DNA from: Lama glama
Taxonomy: Eukaryota
Direction of reading: 5' to 3'
NCBI GenBank assembly: GCA_028534125.1
Contig: CM052817.1
Location: 66,466,001 to 66,530,000 of the forward strand
DNA: 64,000 nucleotides
Shown: piece by piece, positions 50,825-62,612 of the stretch
How the letters are laid out: each line of letters opens with the position of its first letter
Numbering within the stretch: position 1 is the stretch's first letter
The notes under the pieces: generated by a model
The model's input: the letters and a program-made list of their open reading frames with translations, nothing else
Database searches by the model: none
What the model was told of the DNA's origin: nothing
Program-made: the position numbers and the translations under genes

Positions 50825-52741
50825 TAAAAACATTCCAGTAATTTATGGTTAGCTTTGTTATATTGGCAGGGGAAAGGTCAGGCCTTAGATCTACTTGCTA
50901 AAATAATGTAGTCACTCACTGGCAATTGAAGAGAAGCTAAAGTCCAGTGGCAAAGGTGTGGGATTTGAAGTGAAAGGTAATATTCTTGTATTAATTTCTT
51001 TCATGCTTTTATTACTTAATTAAATCATTCATGGAAATGAAAAGGCAACTCTATTGTTATTTAACTTCAGGTAATTCAAATGTGCAGCCTCTTTCTCTTA
51101 ATCTTTCCGAGGACAGAGACCTCTCATTAGGCATTCCAGAAGGACGAGCCTGCCTCACCATCTGTGGTCTTTCTAGGCTCCTGCTCTCTTCCTTGGAGTA
51201 TCTGCCCTCCTCTCCTCTCAGCCACTGGGTCATTCACGAAGTCTAGCCACTCCGGAGGCCGATGCCCTTCTCTGCTGAGCTGTTGAGGAGAGCAGACACA
51301 TATGTCTTGCTCTTGCTCCCCTGTGGGGACCACCCTGTATTCTCCTGAAACACTAGGATCTGTAGCTGTGTGTAAATACCTGCACTGAAGGCAACACCAA
51401 AAACAGAAACATTAAAGTTGTCATTAATATGGATGGTTCCCTGAGTCTCAAAGGGATGACAGTTACAGACAGATTTCTTCACAAAGAGAGGCTCTCACTT
51501 TTCCATTCAATCCACTTTTCCTTATCTCATATCCTGCAGGCAGCTCCAGTTGAAATGTAATCACTCATTCATTTTGCAAATAAGTTTTGGGCACCGATCA
51601 TGTGTTCAACAATGAACAAGATAGTCAGTTGCTCAGTCTCATGGAGATTTTAGGGAAGACTGGTCGAGCGTGGCTCCAGTGACTAGAATGTTCTCTCTCC
51701 TTTTCCCCGTGGTGCAGTTCGAGCCCACTTCTGAGAAGCCAGCCTGAATACCTGATCCTCCCAGTGGTCATCAGCTGAACTGACGTGTGCTGCTGGCCCT
51801 AGTGTTCCCGGCTGGGTAGCAGAGGTGAACATGCACAAAGAAAGTAATGTCTCCCTCGTCCCTAGTTAACCTACTTAAAGCTTATTAGGAGGAAAATAAG
51901 CACGAATCATTTTCTAAACAATACTGAAATTTTATTTTCTATCCAAGGACCAGAAGATCCTCATCATTTACTTTGCAAAATTTCAGATTTTGCTGTTGAA
52001 TTTACCACTTAGGGTTCTATTACCTTATTCCTGGGTTAAATTGTATTTACATTTAATTTTTTAAACCTGTTTGATAAACCCTGTTTGTCTTCTCAGCTTT
52101 GAAGTACATTATAAGAGGAATAAAAGATTCTATTTGGCTGAACAATTTATGGGGGAAAAATAGTTTATGACTCAGAATTTAAAAACTATCTATAAATAGA
52201 TTTAAATGGTTGTCTGAAATTCAGTAATCTAGCATTGAAAAGGGATTATAATTTTAAGTATGTATTCAAAATCAAATAGAGTGTATGTGAAAATCTTGAT
52301 TGCAAAGAGCCACTGAATATAAAGCATCATTAATGCACCTAATAGTATAAATACATATAAGATTTTCCTATTTTAGTTTTTTCAAAAATATGCACTTGCA
52401 TTCTTCATACAAAGACTAGAAAGATATTTATCAAAAAGTTAAGTAGGGTTATCTCTAGGAAATGGTACTTATGTGTTCTAATACATAATAAATATTTATT
52501 ACTTATGTAAAAATACATAAATCTGATTATGAAAAATGGAATTGTTGCTATCCTCTCACCCAGTAAAAATGATTAATAATTTTTAATGATATTCTTTTTG
52601 TCTAATTGTTCAGAAAAGCAATATTTATGGGTTGTTAAAAGTCCAGTGCAAATTACAAAGAATGAAGAAGAAAATTTTGAGAATGAATTTTATTCCCACC
52701 TCACAGAAATAATCACTGTTAACATAACAGTAAATTTTTCT

Positions 52742-52830
52742 TATATTATATATACACATATATAGTATATATATCACATATATATAATACACATATATGT
52801 GCATATATCTACACATATGTACCTATATAT
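52742..52830. repeat. Degenerate (TA)n/(CATA)n repeat
   Basis: tatattatatatacacatatatagtatatat... Confidence 0.75.
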
Positions 52831-53764
52831 GCTTGTTTAGTCAGTCAATATTATAACAAAAATTGTCTCATGCTATTACAGCTTCATTTGAACACTACTC
52901 AAACCGTACATTTTACGAATCTGTATTCAGATTAATCTATGCTTTTTCTTTCTTAATTGTAAGAATGGAACTGGTAAATTGTTGAACATGTCTGGGTCCA
53001 GTGCACATTGTCATGCCTTAAGTATTTCAATGGAATATTTTGTAAGACCACAAAAACTCATTTCCCTATTCATGAATTACATGGCCCATGTATAATTTAG
53101 CACTCAAATTTGGAATGATAGGTTCATACACAAATTTTTCTTGGAGTCTAGACTTCAAAACTATAGCAACTAAAATGGATTCAAAACTTTACTATGTCAT
53201 TTATTAAAGGCAATAATTGAAAATCCAACGGGCAGTTTTCGTTTGTAATCTTAGTCAATAGATCTTGATTTTATTTCATTCTGGGCAATCTGCTGAAAGG
53301 GATCCTCGTGGATACATGTTGAACTTCAGAAAGGATATAATTAGGGTTTGTTTCATTAATTGGTCTTTCAGTTCCTTCATCTAAGTGCTTCATATATCCG
53401 GTTGCAGGAAGTAACTGTCGATAGCATAGGTCATGCTGATACTGCCTTGGCAACTAACTCTCAGAAAGAGTAAGCAATGAAAATGTGTAGGAGAGAAAGA
53501 GGCAAGCTTAGTACTTTCTGAGCCTTGGTGGTTTTCTCTAGCCTTGTTCAGTTCCCGTCTTCAGGGTTATACTGATTGAAGTGCACATGTGCTCCCTTAA
53601 GACAGGCAGAATGTGGTAGATAGAACAAATTCCTGGCCTTCAGACACAAGCCACTCAGTCTTCCCCCTACAAAAAACAAGCTAGGCATGGATTTATTCAA
53701 TCACAAAATGGGCAACAAATATTTGCATCTGCTATGCACATAATTACATAGCATCTTGTTATCA

Positions 53765-53985
53765 TGTCTACATACATAATTATTGAGCATCTACTATGTT
53801 GAAGGACCTATTCACTGGAAATATAGATGGGGAGAAAAAAAACCTGAATTGCTTTACTTCGAAAGTTTGCATTCTAGATAGATGGACAGGAAACAGGGAA
53901 ACAGATAAATACATGATATGATTTTGGTTAATGCCTCATGCTATGATAATGTTATGGAAAATTATCACACTGAGGTATGAATGGG
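53765..53985 (-). mobile_element. L2 3' end
   Basis: aattattgagcatctactatgtt...gtttgcattctag. Confidence 0.65.
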
Positions 53986-53992
53986 TACTGCA

Positions 53993-54142
53993 CACTGCTT
54001 CTCAGACTTCAGTGTGCATTCAAATCACTTCGGATCTTTTTAAAAAGCAGATTCTGATTCATCAGGTCTAGGGTGGTGGTTGGGAGTGTGCATGTCTAAT
54101 AACCTGCTGGTCTGAAGAGCACAGCACACTCTTGAGTTGCAA
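53993..54142. mobile_element. MER5A-like hAT MITE
   Basis: cttctcagacttcagtgtgcattcaaatcac...gcagattctgattcatcaggtctagggtgg. Confidence 0.75.
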
Positions 54143-55089
54143 GATATTGTATGATTTCTTTGTAGCAAGTTTCACCAAGAGGTGGGTGGAAAGGCAGCTT
54201 AAAGGAAGAGTGGGTAATGGGTGATGAAATAAAAGAAGGGGAAAAGGCAGGAAAAAGGAGAAAATATAATAAACAGAATGAAATGGAAATGCAAGTAAAA
54301 ATGGAACACACAGTCCACTGAAAACAGCATCTCCTTACATACACTCTGCCTTGGAATTATCCTTGCATGTTATGAACTAAAATTAGAAGACTAAAGTACC
54401 AAGAGTAAAATATAAATATACATTCATGCTAGCGTTTGAGAAAACTTTAGCTGGTAGAGTTTGTGCAGTTAGAATGCCAGGATAAATGTGGGTGTTTAAA
54501 ACAAAGTAGTTTTATATTTTTATTATTGGAAGCCAACATTTGCTTGGCTATATTGAGTATGTTCATTTTTATATATATTTGTTAGGTAAGAAGTTCTATT
54601 ATTGTTATTTTTCTTTGGACAGAGCGTTGAATGAAATATTTCTTATTTTTGTGTCCCTTACAATGCATCACAGACAACAAAAATTGTTTAAGAAAGCAGA
54701 GGACTAGACTAAAAGATTAGTAAACATTACATCTTTTTGTACAGTTTGTTTCCTTTGCCTCTTGGTGAAATGCCTGTTTACTTATCCGAGTGGTGGGGAG
54801 TGCTGTGATCTTTGGTATGACTTTAAAACCCCAGAAAAGCATGCTAGAATCCATACTGCCTTAAGCATACTTAATAAAATGAGCTACACTGTAATTATAG
54901 AATCACTTACTAAATTATAAATTTGGCAAAAACGATGTTCAGTATTGAAATTCCAGGAGAATGTTACAGTCCTTTCTGAATCATAGTTGGATATACAAAC
55001 TGATAAAGATGAATTTATGATCTTTCCAAAGTAAAAAACATTGCTTTTACTGAATTTGATATCAGAACTTAGGAAAAAGAGAAGGAAGC

Positions 55090-55240
55090 TAATATTGAGT
55101 GCCTATCCTAGGCCTGACACATGCATGTTATTAAATGTAATCAAAACCATCCAACAAGGAAGTCATTATTTACTGCATTCAATAATTGAGGAAATTGAAG
55201 CTTACAGTGCATAGTACTTTTCCCAAGGTTGCATGAGAAG
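55090..55240 (-). mobile_element. MIR SINE
   Basis: tattgagtgcctat...gaggaaattgaagctta...cccaaggtt. Confidence 0.65.
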
Positions 55241-56264
55241 ATGAAGATTTTTTTAGCAGTAAACATATATCTTGCAGTTTGTTGTTTGCCTCTCTCTCTC
55301 TTTTCCAAATCATTTATGATGAAACCTGAACCTTGCTTTGTCTGTTAGCTATTGATGAATTTGAAGGGTCATTGGGCATTGAGGAATAACTTGTTTTTTC
55401 ATCAGATCACTATAATGAAAGCAGTTCAAGTATGATAGCATAAAAGATTCTACCATTTTTCAGTCTTCACCTAGTTTTGTTAGTTATCAGAAAATCTGTC
55501 CTCATGCCAAATGAGGATTTAATCAGTTAACAAATAAATAAAAACAAAATATAAAAATCTAAACTAAAATTTTTATTTTTTGAAAAAATAGCATTAAAAG
55601 ATTTCTACTTTGCAAAAAATATGATACATTTTGAAAATTAAATCTATTACAGATTTTGCAACTTAATTCATAAAGGAAAATTTATTTTCTAATGCTTAAC
55701 TATTTAATAATGTTTATTATTTTGAATGTGATTTTTATTGGTGGTTAAGAAAATCATACAAAATTATCTTGCCTTAGGATATCTGTGATTTTTCCCTCTA
55801 GTATGATATTTATTTTAAAAGAAGACAATCACCTTTATTCCAGATGGTATTTTGGGGGATTGCTTAGATCACCTGAACATAGAGGTGATTAGTGATAAGC
55901 TGGGTTATTTCACATATGATCTGCAGAGCAGTGCTTCCTACCCGTTTTTATGTCATGATATATAAAGAAAGTAATCTTTTCTGTAGTTTCATTTACATAT
56001 TGTAGAGGAGGGGTGAAGAAACATGTGCTCAGTCTGTAATCTTGATCGACTCATTCATTCTATTATAGAAAACAAGAAAATGTATTATGTATATTGGTAT
56101 TAATAATTGATATTATTAGTAATACATATATATAATAAAATTACCCATAACCCACCAGCCAGAATCAAGAATCTTGATATTTCAGGTATATATAGATATT
56201 CTTATGCATTTAAGAATTTGTCTTGAATTTCTACCACATAGTTCTGTATATGTACACTTTAAAA

Positions 56265-58600
56265 ATATTTTTAAAGTGCAGTTTTAGGTTTACAGCAAAA
56301 TTGAGAGGGAGATACAGAGATTTCCCATATACTTGCTGCCTCCCATCTTCAACGACATGCAAGCCACCCAGTTATCAACATCACTCACCACAGTGGTACA
56401 TTTTTTTTTCTTTTACCGTTTTTTACCATTTAAGAATGAACCTACATTGACACACCATAATCCCCCGAAGTCCATAGTTTACCTTAGGTTACACTCTTGG
56501 TATTGTACAATTTATGGGTTTAGACAAATGTATAATGACATATATCATTAGTGGTATCAATACTAGAGAATTTTCACTGCCCCCAAAATATTCTGTATTC
56601 TGCCTATTCACCCTTCCTTCCCCTTCCGCACTAGACCCCTGGCAACCCCAGATCTTTTTACTGTCTATGGTTTGCCTTTTCCAGAATGTCATATAATTGG
56701 AATCATACAGTGTGTGGCCTTTTCAGATGGACTTCTTTCACTTAATAATACACATTTAAGGTTTTTCCATACTGTCTTCATTGTTTGATAGCTTATTTCA
56801 TTTTAGTGCTGAATATTTCATTGTATAGATGTACCACAGTTTGTCCATTCACCTGCTGAAGGACATCTTGATTGCTCCCAGGTTTTGGCAATTATGAATA
56901 AAGCTGCTATAAATATGTATGTGTTGATTTTTGTGTGGGCATAAGTTTTCAACTCATTTGAGTAAATACCAAGGGGTGCATTTGCTGGATTGCATGGTTA
57001 GAGTATGTTTAGTCTTGTCAGAAACCACTAAACCATCTTCCAAAATAGCTGTACCATTTTGCATTTCCACTAGCAATGGATGCGAGTTCTTGCTCCACAT
57101 CCTTGGTACCATTTGGTATTGTCAAATTTGACCATTCTAACAGATGTATAGTGCTATTTCATTGTTGTTTTAATTTTCACTTCCCTGATGATGTACAATG
57201 TGGAGCATCTTTTCATATGCCCATTTTCTATCTGTATGTCTTCTTTGGTGAGGTGTTTGTTACACATTTTGGCTGATTTTAAAATTGATTTGATCATTTT
57301 CTTACTGTTAAATTTGAATTCTTTATAAATTTTGGGGAGCAGTCATTTACTAAATGTCTTTTGCAAATATTTTCTCCCAGCCTATGGTTTATCTTTTAAT
57401 TCTCTAGATATTGTCTTTTGTAGACATAAGTTTTTAATTTTAATGAAGTTAAATTAAATTATTTCTTTCATGGATCATGACTTTGGTATTATATCTTAAA
57501 ATGCATTGCCATACTCCAGGTCACCTAGATTTTCCCTTATATTATCTTTTAGAAGTTTTATAGTTTTGCATTATACATGTAGGTCTATGATGCATTTTCA
57601 GTTAATTTTTGTTATGGTTTTAAGGTCTGTATCTAGATGCATTTTTTTTTTTTTGCATGTGGGTATGTAGTTGTCTATCACCATTTGTTGAAGAGACTGG
57701 CTTTGCTCCATTGTATTGTTTTTGCTCATTGGTCAAAGATCAATTGACTGTATTTATGTAATTCTATTTCTTGGCTCTCTATTCTATTCTGTTGACCTAT
57801 TTGGTTATTCTTTTGCTAAGGTCACACACTCTTGATTACTGCAGCTTTATAATAAGTATTGATGTTGGGAGGTGTCAATTCTCCAACTTTGTTCTTCTCC
57901 TTCAGTATTAGGCTGCCTATTCTGATCTCTTGCCTCTACATATAAACCTTAGAATCAGTTTGTTCATATCTGTGTAGGAACTTGCTGAGATTTTGACTTT
58001 GATTGCACTGAATCTGTAGATCAAGTTGAGAAGAAAAGACATCTTGACACTTGAGTTTTTCTATCCCTGAACATAGACTATCTCTCCATTTATTTAATTC
58101 TGATTTGATTTTGTTTATCAGAGTTTTGTAGTTTTCATTATATAGATATTGTACATAATTTGTTAGATTTATACTTTAGTATTTCATTTTGGGGGGTAAT
58201 GTTTAAATGATATTCCATTTTAATTTCTGATTCCATTTGTTTTTTGTTAGTATATAGGAAAGCAATTGCTTTTTGTATATTCACTTTATATCTTGCAACT
58301 TAGCTATAAACGCTTATTAGTTCTAGGAATTTCTTGGTTAATTCCTTTGGATTTGCTATATACACAATCATGTCATCACAACAAAGTCAGCTTTATTTCT
58401 TTTTTCCCAATATGTATACCTTTTATTTCCTTTTCTTGCTTTAATTGAATTAGTAAGGACTTCCAATATGATAATGAAAAGGAATGGTGAGAGGATACAT
58501 CCTTGCCTTAAACATGATCCTAGTGGGAAAGCATCAAGTTTTCCACATTAAGAATTATGTTAGCTGGAGGTTTTTGGTAGATAGTCTTTATCAAGCTGAG
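56265..58600 (-). mobile_element. L1MB-like element, about 2.3 kb of 3'UTR and ORF2 end, apparently inserted in an older L1ME remnant
   Basis: gcagttttaggtttacagcaaaattgag 3' end and continuous antisense ORF2 (gaaggacatcttg, tttgcaaatattttctccca, ctttgctccattg, aatggtgagagg). Confidence 0.9.
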
Positions 58601-58927
58601 CAATTAGCGACAATATCTTTTATCACATTATGTATTTTTGTCTGGTCCTTTATTGTTTAGACTGCTCCTGTTTTTTTTGCATTATAAATAGTGCTTCTGT
58701 GAACATTCATAGAGATAGGTCTTTTGTACATTCATGATTATGTCCTCAGGGTAAAGAAAATATCTCTTCTTCATACCACAGATGAATTAGCAGAAAATGT
58801 CATAGATACTGCTGTGGTGGAATAACTTAACGCCTTTTAAGATGTATTAAATAAAATGATTCCTTATGTTTTCATCAATTCACAAAATGATTAAACCAGC
58901 TCTGTATAACCTTTCACTCTTTTTTGG

Positions 58928-58992
58928 ATGTGTGTGTGTGTTGGTGTGCAGGTTTGTGGAGAGAGAGGGAGAAGGGGAGAGCGAGAGAGAGA
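58928..58992. repeat. (TG)n / (GA)n compound microsatellite
   Basis: atgtgtgtgtgtg...gagagagagggagaaggggagagcgagagagaga. Confidence 0.75.
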
Positions 58993-59473
58993 AAATGACA
59001 CTGCTTATGGAAGTGTTTTAAATCATTAGAGAAGTAAAGGCTGTTTTTCATTTCATTTCTAGCAAGACCAGTGGGAGAATCTGGAAATCCCAGGTGCTTC
59101 TGTACTTTTATTCTGCAACTTTCATAAGATAGAAAAAATAAAACAAAACATTCTCCTTCTTAGATGTGGCATAGAGCCAGCTCCTCCCTCGAGGACATCT
59201 CTTTTGTTACTCTACTTTTCTGATAGGATTACCTGTATGAAACTGGTGACTTCACTTTTTGGATGCAATGAGACCAAAATTCTAGCCACCTTTATCTATA
59301 TTGCCTTTGACGCTTCTTCCTTTTTATCCTGTCAATTTCCTTTAGCTAAAGACCGCTAGGAACACACCTGTCCATTAATTGTTTTTTTTTTTCACTAGTT
59401 GCAATGAAGAGAAGGCACACCATGGAGAACCGTGGAGCATCTTAGTAAGACTGTATTAAGAAAAGACTTACTG

Positions 59474-59747
59474 GCACAGGGAAATATACACAAAATGTTA
59501 TGATAAATCACAGAGAAAAAAATGTGACAATGAGTGTGTATATGTCCATGAATGACTGAAAAATTGTGCTGAACACTGGAATTTGACACAACATTGTAAA
59601 ATGATTATAAATCAATAAAAAATGTTAAAAAAAGGAAGATTAAAACATTTTCAGTATAGTTTTGAAACTTACTAAATTTTAAGAGTAGACAATGGGCCAT
59701 TCCTGCACAGTACATATTACATATCTCTAGTAACTTGAAAAAAAAAA
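59474..59747 (+). mobile_element. Young 5'-truncated L1 3' end (59474-59633) carrying a 104-nt 3' transduction (59634-59737) and a second poly(A)
   Basis: 13-bp TSD AAAAGACTTACTG at 59461-59473 and 59748-59760. L1 end ...gacacaacattgtaaaatgattataaatcAATAAAaaatgtt-A7. Confidence 0.8.
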
Positions 59748-59877
59748 AAAAGACTTACTGTAGGATTTAGGGTTGTGTTAAGTGGTTTAAGGAAGCAGGG
59801 CTTTGCTATAGCTTGCTTGAGTTAAAAAGCAGGTGTAATTTTATGATTTGGTGTATTAATGACTCTAATTCAGAAGC

Positions 59878-60000
59878 AGGGGAACCAACTATTCCAGTAT
59901 GCTTGAAAATGGGAGAGAGGTTCCTGGGACATAGCATTTTTCATGCCCACACCAAAAAAAAAAAAAGATCCCCGGCAAACTGGGAGGAGTTGATTAGGCC
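59878..60000. mobile_element. MER94-like hAT-Blackjack MITE
   Basis: aggggaaccaactattcc...cctgggac...cccggcaaactgggaggagttg. Confidence 0.55.
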
Positions 60001-61217
60001 ACGTGGAAGGCAGGAGAAATGAAAAGAGGCTGAGGCTGGACTCGGTAAACAAACAGCACTCACAGGAGCCGGGATTCGGGATATTTGGTTATTTTGTGGT
60101 TTGGATGATGTTCACGTTTTTGCCTGGATTCAGACATGGTTGCAAAGTGTTCTGATTTCTGACTTGATCCATCATAGTGACAGAGTGGCCTTGTCTGACG
60201 GTGATGTTCTGTGAGATTGTGGGTGTTTAATAGCAGAACAGGAGGCCACCTCCCAGCAACAGCAAGGCCTTCACACAGTATCAGGCCAGCTTCTAGCTGT
60301 CAGGCGCTGCTTTCCTCTTCTTCAGTTCCCTTCTTTGGGGATTTAAGTGACAGGTTTTTGGTGTAAAAGTTGACAGTTGTAAAAGTCTTTAATTGGGAGA
60401 GCCTTGGTTTCAGTCCTATTGGTTCTGTGCCCTAATGAAATGCTTTGGGCTTTGAAACATTGAGTAGTAAAAATACTGTCTGTCTCTCTTAACACAGTTT
60501 TTTTCCTTAAAGAGAGAAAAATGTTTTAATGATTGAGACTGAATGCTTAATTGCTAAATGTTAATTTTTTTAAAAAAAATCACATTTCCCCCTTCTTTGA
60601 GATTCAAAATTCACATCTGCATAATTTAGTGTTCCTAGTAATACCGCCATAAAGAAACCCAATTTATTTAACACAGGATGCTTTTTCCACAGAATACATT
60701 AACATTTGATCAACATGAATATTTCACTATTAAACTAGTGTTTCATAGAAATGCTAGTTTATTTAGTGACTGTCTTCTAGTTATGCTTTTTGTTTTTAAA
60801 AATTAGAAATATATGTAATGGTTAAATAATTGTTCTGATTTAATTTGTTCTAATGTAAAATGAATAAAGTTTCTTAATTATAGTCATTGAAAAGAGTTTC
60901 ATATTTTTCAGATTTATTATTTTAATATTAAGAGAAAATATTAGTATTTGGGTTTTGGGAGGGAAAGCATTTAACTAGTGGGTGAATATATTATTATGTA
61001 GTTGATTTAGTTTAGCAGTTAAGCTTATATTACTAGTTAAATTATGATGCATTATTTTAATTATTAACATTGGTTCAATCATGTTAGCTGTCTTAAACTC
61101 AGTTTGGTTGTACCATATATTAATTAAATCAACTGTTCATCAATTAGTCTTTATAACAATAGAGGAAATAATATGGCTTTAGATATGTTATAACCTACAT
61201 CATGAATTTTTCTCTAG

Positions 61218-61372
61218 GTTCTGATGACTACTTTGAGGTCAATATTTCAACAGACCTAACAGTGAAACATTCTGAGCAAACAAGTGAGAGAAAAGTAAGT
61301 GAAGAATTATCAGAAGCTTCAAGAAGCACCAGACCCCAGGCAGTGGTACTTCCTGCTGAAGTTCCATGTGAG
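61218..61372 (+). CDS. BANK1: BANK1 exon 3 (linker into the DBB/TIG region), 155 bp, phase 1-0
   Basis: Acceptor tttttctctag|GT and donor GAG|gtcagt. Joins exon 2 in frame (G|GT = Gly), giving GSDDYFEVNISTDLTVKHSEQTSERKVSEELSEASRSTRPQAVVLPAEVPCE, similar to recalled human SEDYFEVNIPTDLRAKHS...AVVLPTEIPCE. Confidence 0.95.
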
Positions 61373-62010
61373 GTCAGTAAAGATGGCTTGTTATTTAAGT
61401 GGCCATAATATTTTAATGGGTACTGCATGCACTAGAATGTAACTAACACTGGACGCTTCAACATAGTGACATTTCTACCTACTTTGTTCATGGCCGTGTC
61501 CTCAGAACCCAGAACAATGTCTAGTTAGTAGACATGTGATACACATTTGTTGAATAATTGAGGATTGAAACATATATGAAAGGGTAATTTTATTAAAAGT
61601 AACTTAAAATATTGCAAACACATTTACAATTGCTCTATGTATCAGGCAATTTAAAGGAAAGCTGGATTCATATTAACTAGATTAAGGGTTTTATTTTCAT
61701 AAAGGGAAATACACTGTTGAATTTGAAAATACTTATTTTTTTAGGACTATTAATTTTTCAATTATAAAATATGTATCAAAGACCTACATTATAAAGTAGA
61801 ACTATCATAAGTGTAGAAAAACTGGTCCCTTTGGGAATAAAAGTATAATACTCTGGGGAGTGGATTTCTCAGAAGGTGATTCTGTGAATACATATTGCTG
61901 ACATTTCTTCCTCCTAAGTCTTCACTGTATTGAACTACTAAAATAAGCCTACTTCTAGAGCTTGATCAGAAACTCAGTCTATGTAATCTTCAGACAATTA
62001 AAAGATGCTG

Positions 62011-62612
62011 CAAATGGCATTATTTCATTCTTTTTTATGGCTGTGTACTATTCCATTGTATAAATATACTACAACTTCTTTATCCAGTCATCTGTTGATG
62101 GACATTCAGGTTGCTTCCATGTCTTGTCTGTGAAACAATGCCATTTGCAGCAGCATGGATGGACCTAGAGATTATCACACTAATTAAGTCATACTTCAGT
62201 ATGCCAAACAGAGAAAGACAAATATCATATGATATCACTTATATGTAGAGTCTAAAAAATGACACAAATAAACTTATTTATAAAACAGAAACAGACTCAC
62301 AGACATAGAAGAAAAAAATTTATGGTTACCAAAGGGGGAAGGGGAAGAGGAAGGATAAATTAGGAGTTTGGGATTAGCAGATACAAACTATGATATGTGA
62401 AATAGATAAACAACAAGGACCTACTGTATAGCATAGATAACTATATTCAGTAGCTTTTAATAGCCTATAATGAAAAAGAATGTATGTGTATATATGTGTA
62501 TATATACGTATATGTAACTGAATCACTATGCTATACACCAGAAATTAACACAATATTGTAAATCAACTATACTCCAATTAAAAATAATAATAATAATGAA
62601 TAAGTTAAAAAA
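62011..62612 (+). mobile_element. L1 3' end with 5' inversion (62011-62129 antisense, 62130-62612 sense)
   Basis: 11-bp TSD AAAAGATGCTG at 62000-62010 and 62613-62623 at a TT|AAAA site. Sense part gactcacagacatagaa...ggataaattaggagtttgggattagcagatac...aaatcaactatactcca plus an A-rich tail. Confidence 0.9.

Larger units (their letters stand above)
26907..61217 (+). other. BANK1: BANK1 intron 2 (34,311 bp, GT-AG)
   Basis: Bounded by GT at 26907 and AG at 61216-61217 between two phase-compatible exons. Confidence 0.9.

Noticed and set aside
29262..53728. Isolated octamers at 29262, 36769 and 53721
   Set aside because: The count is about what chance gives in AT-rich DNA. Two lie in old L1 sequence and none has a supporting motif cluster that I noticed.
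61202..61408. 68-aa ORF as an independent gene
   Set aside because: It is exon 3 plus flanking intron. The ATG lies upstream of the acceptor.
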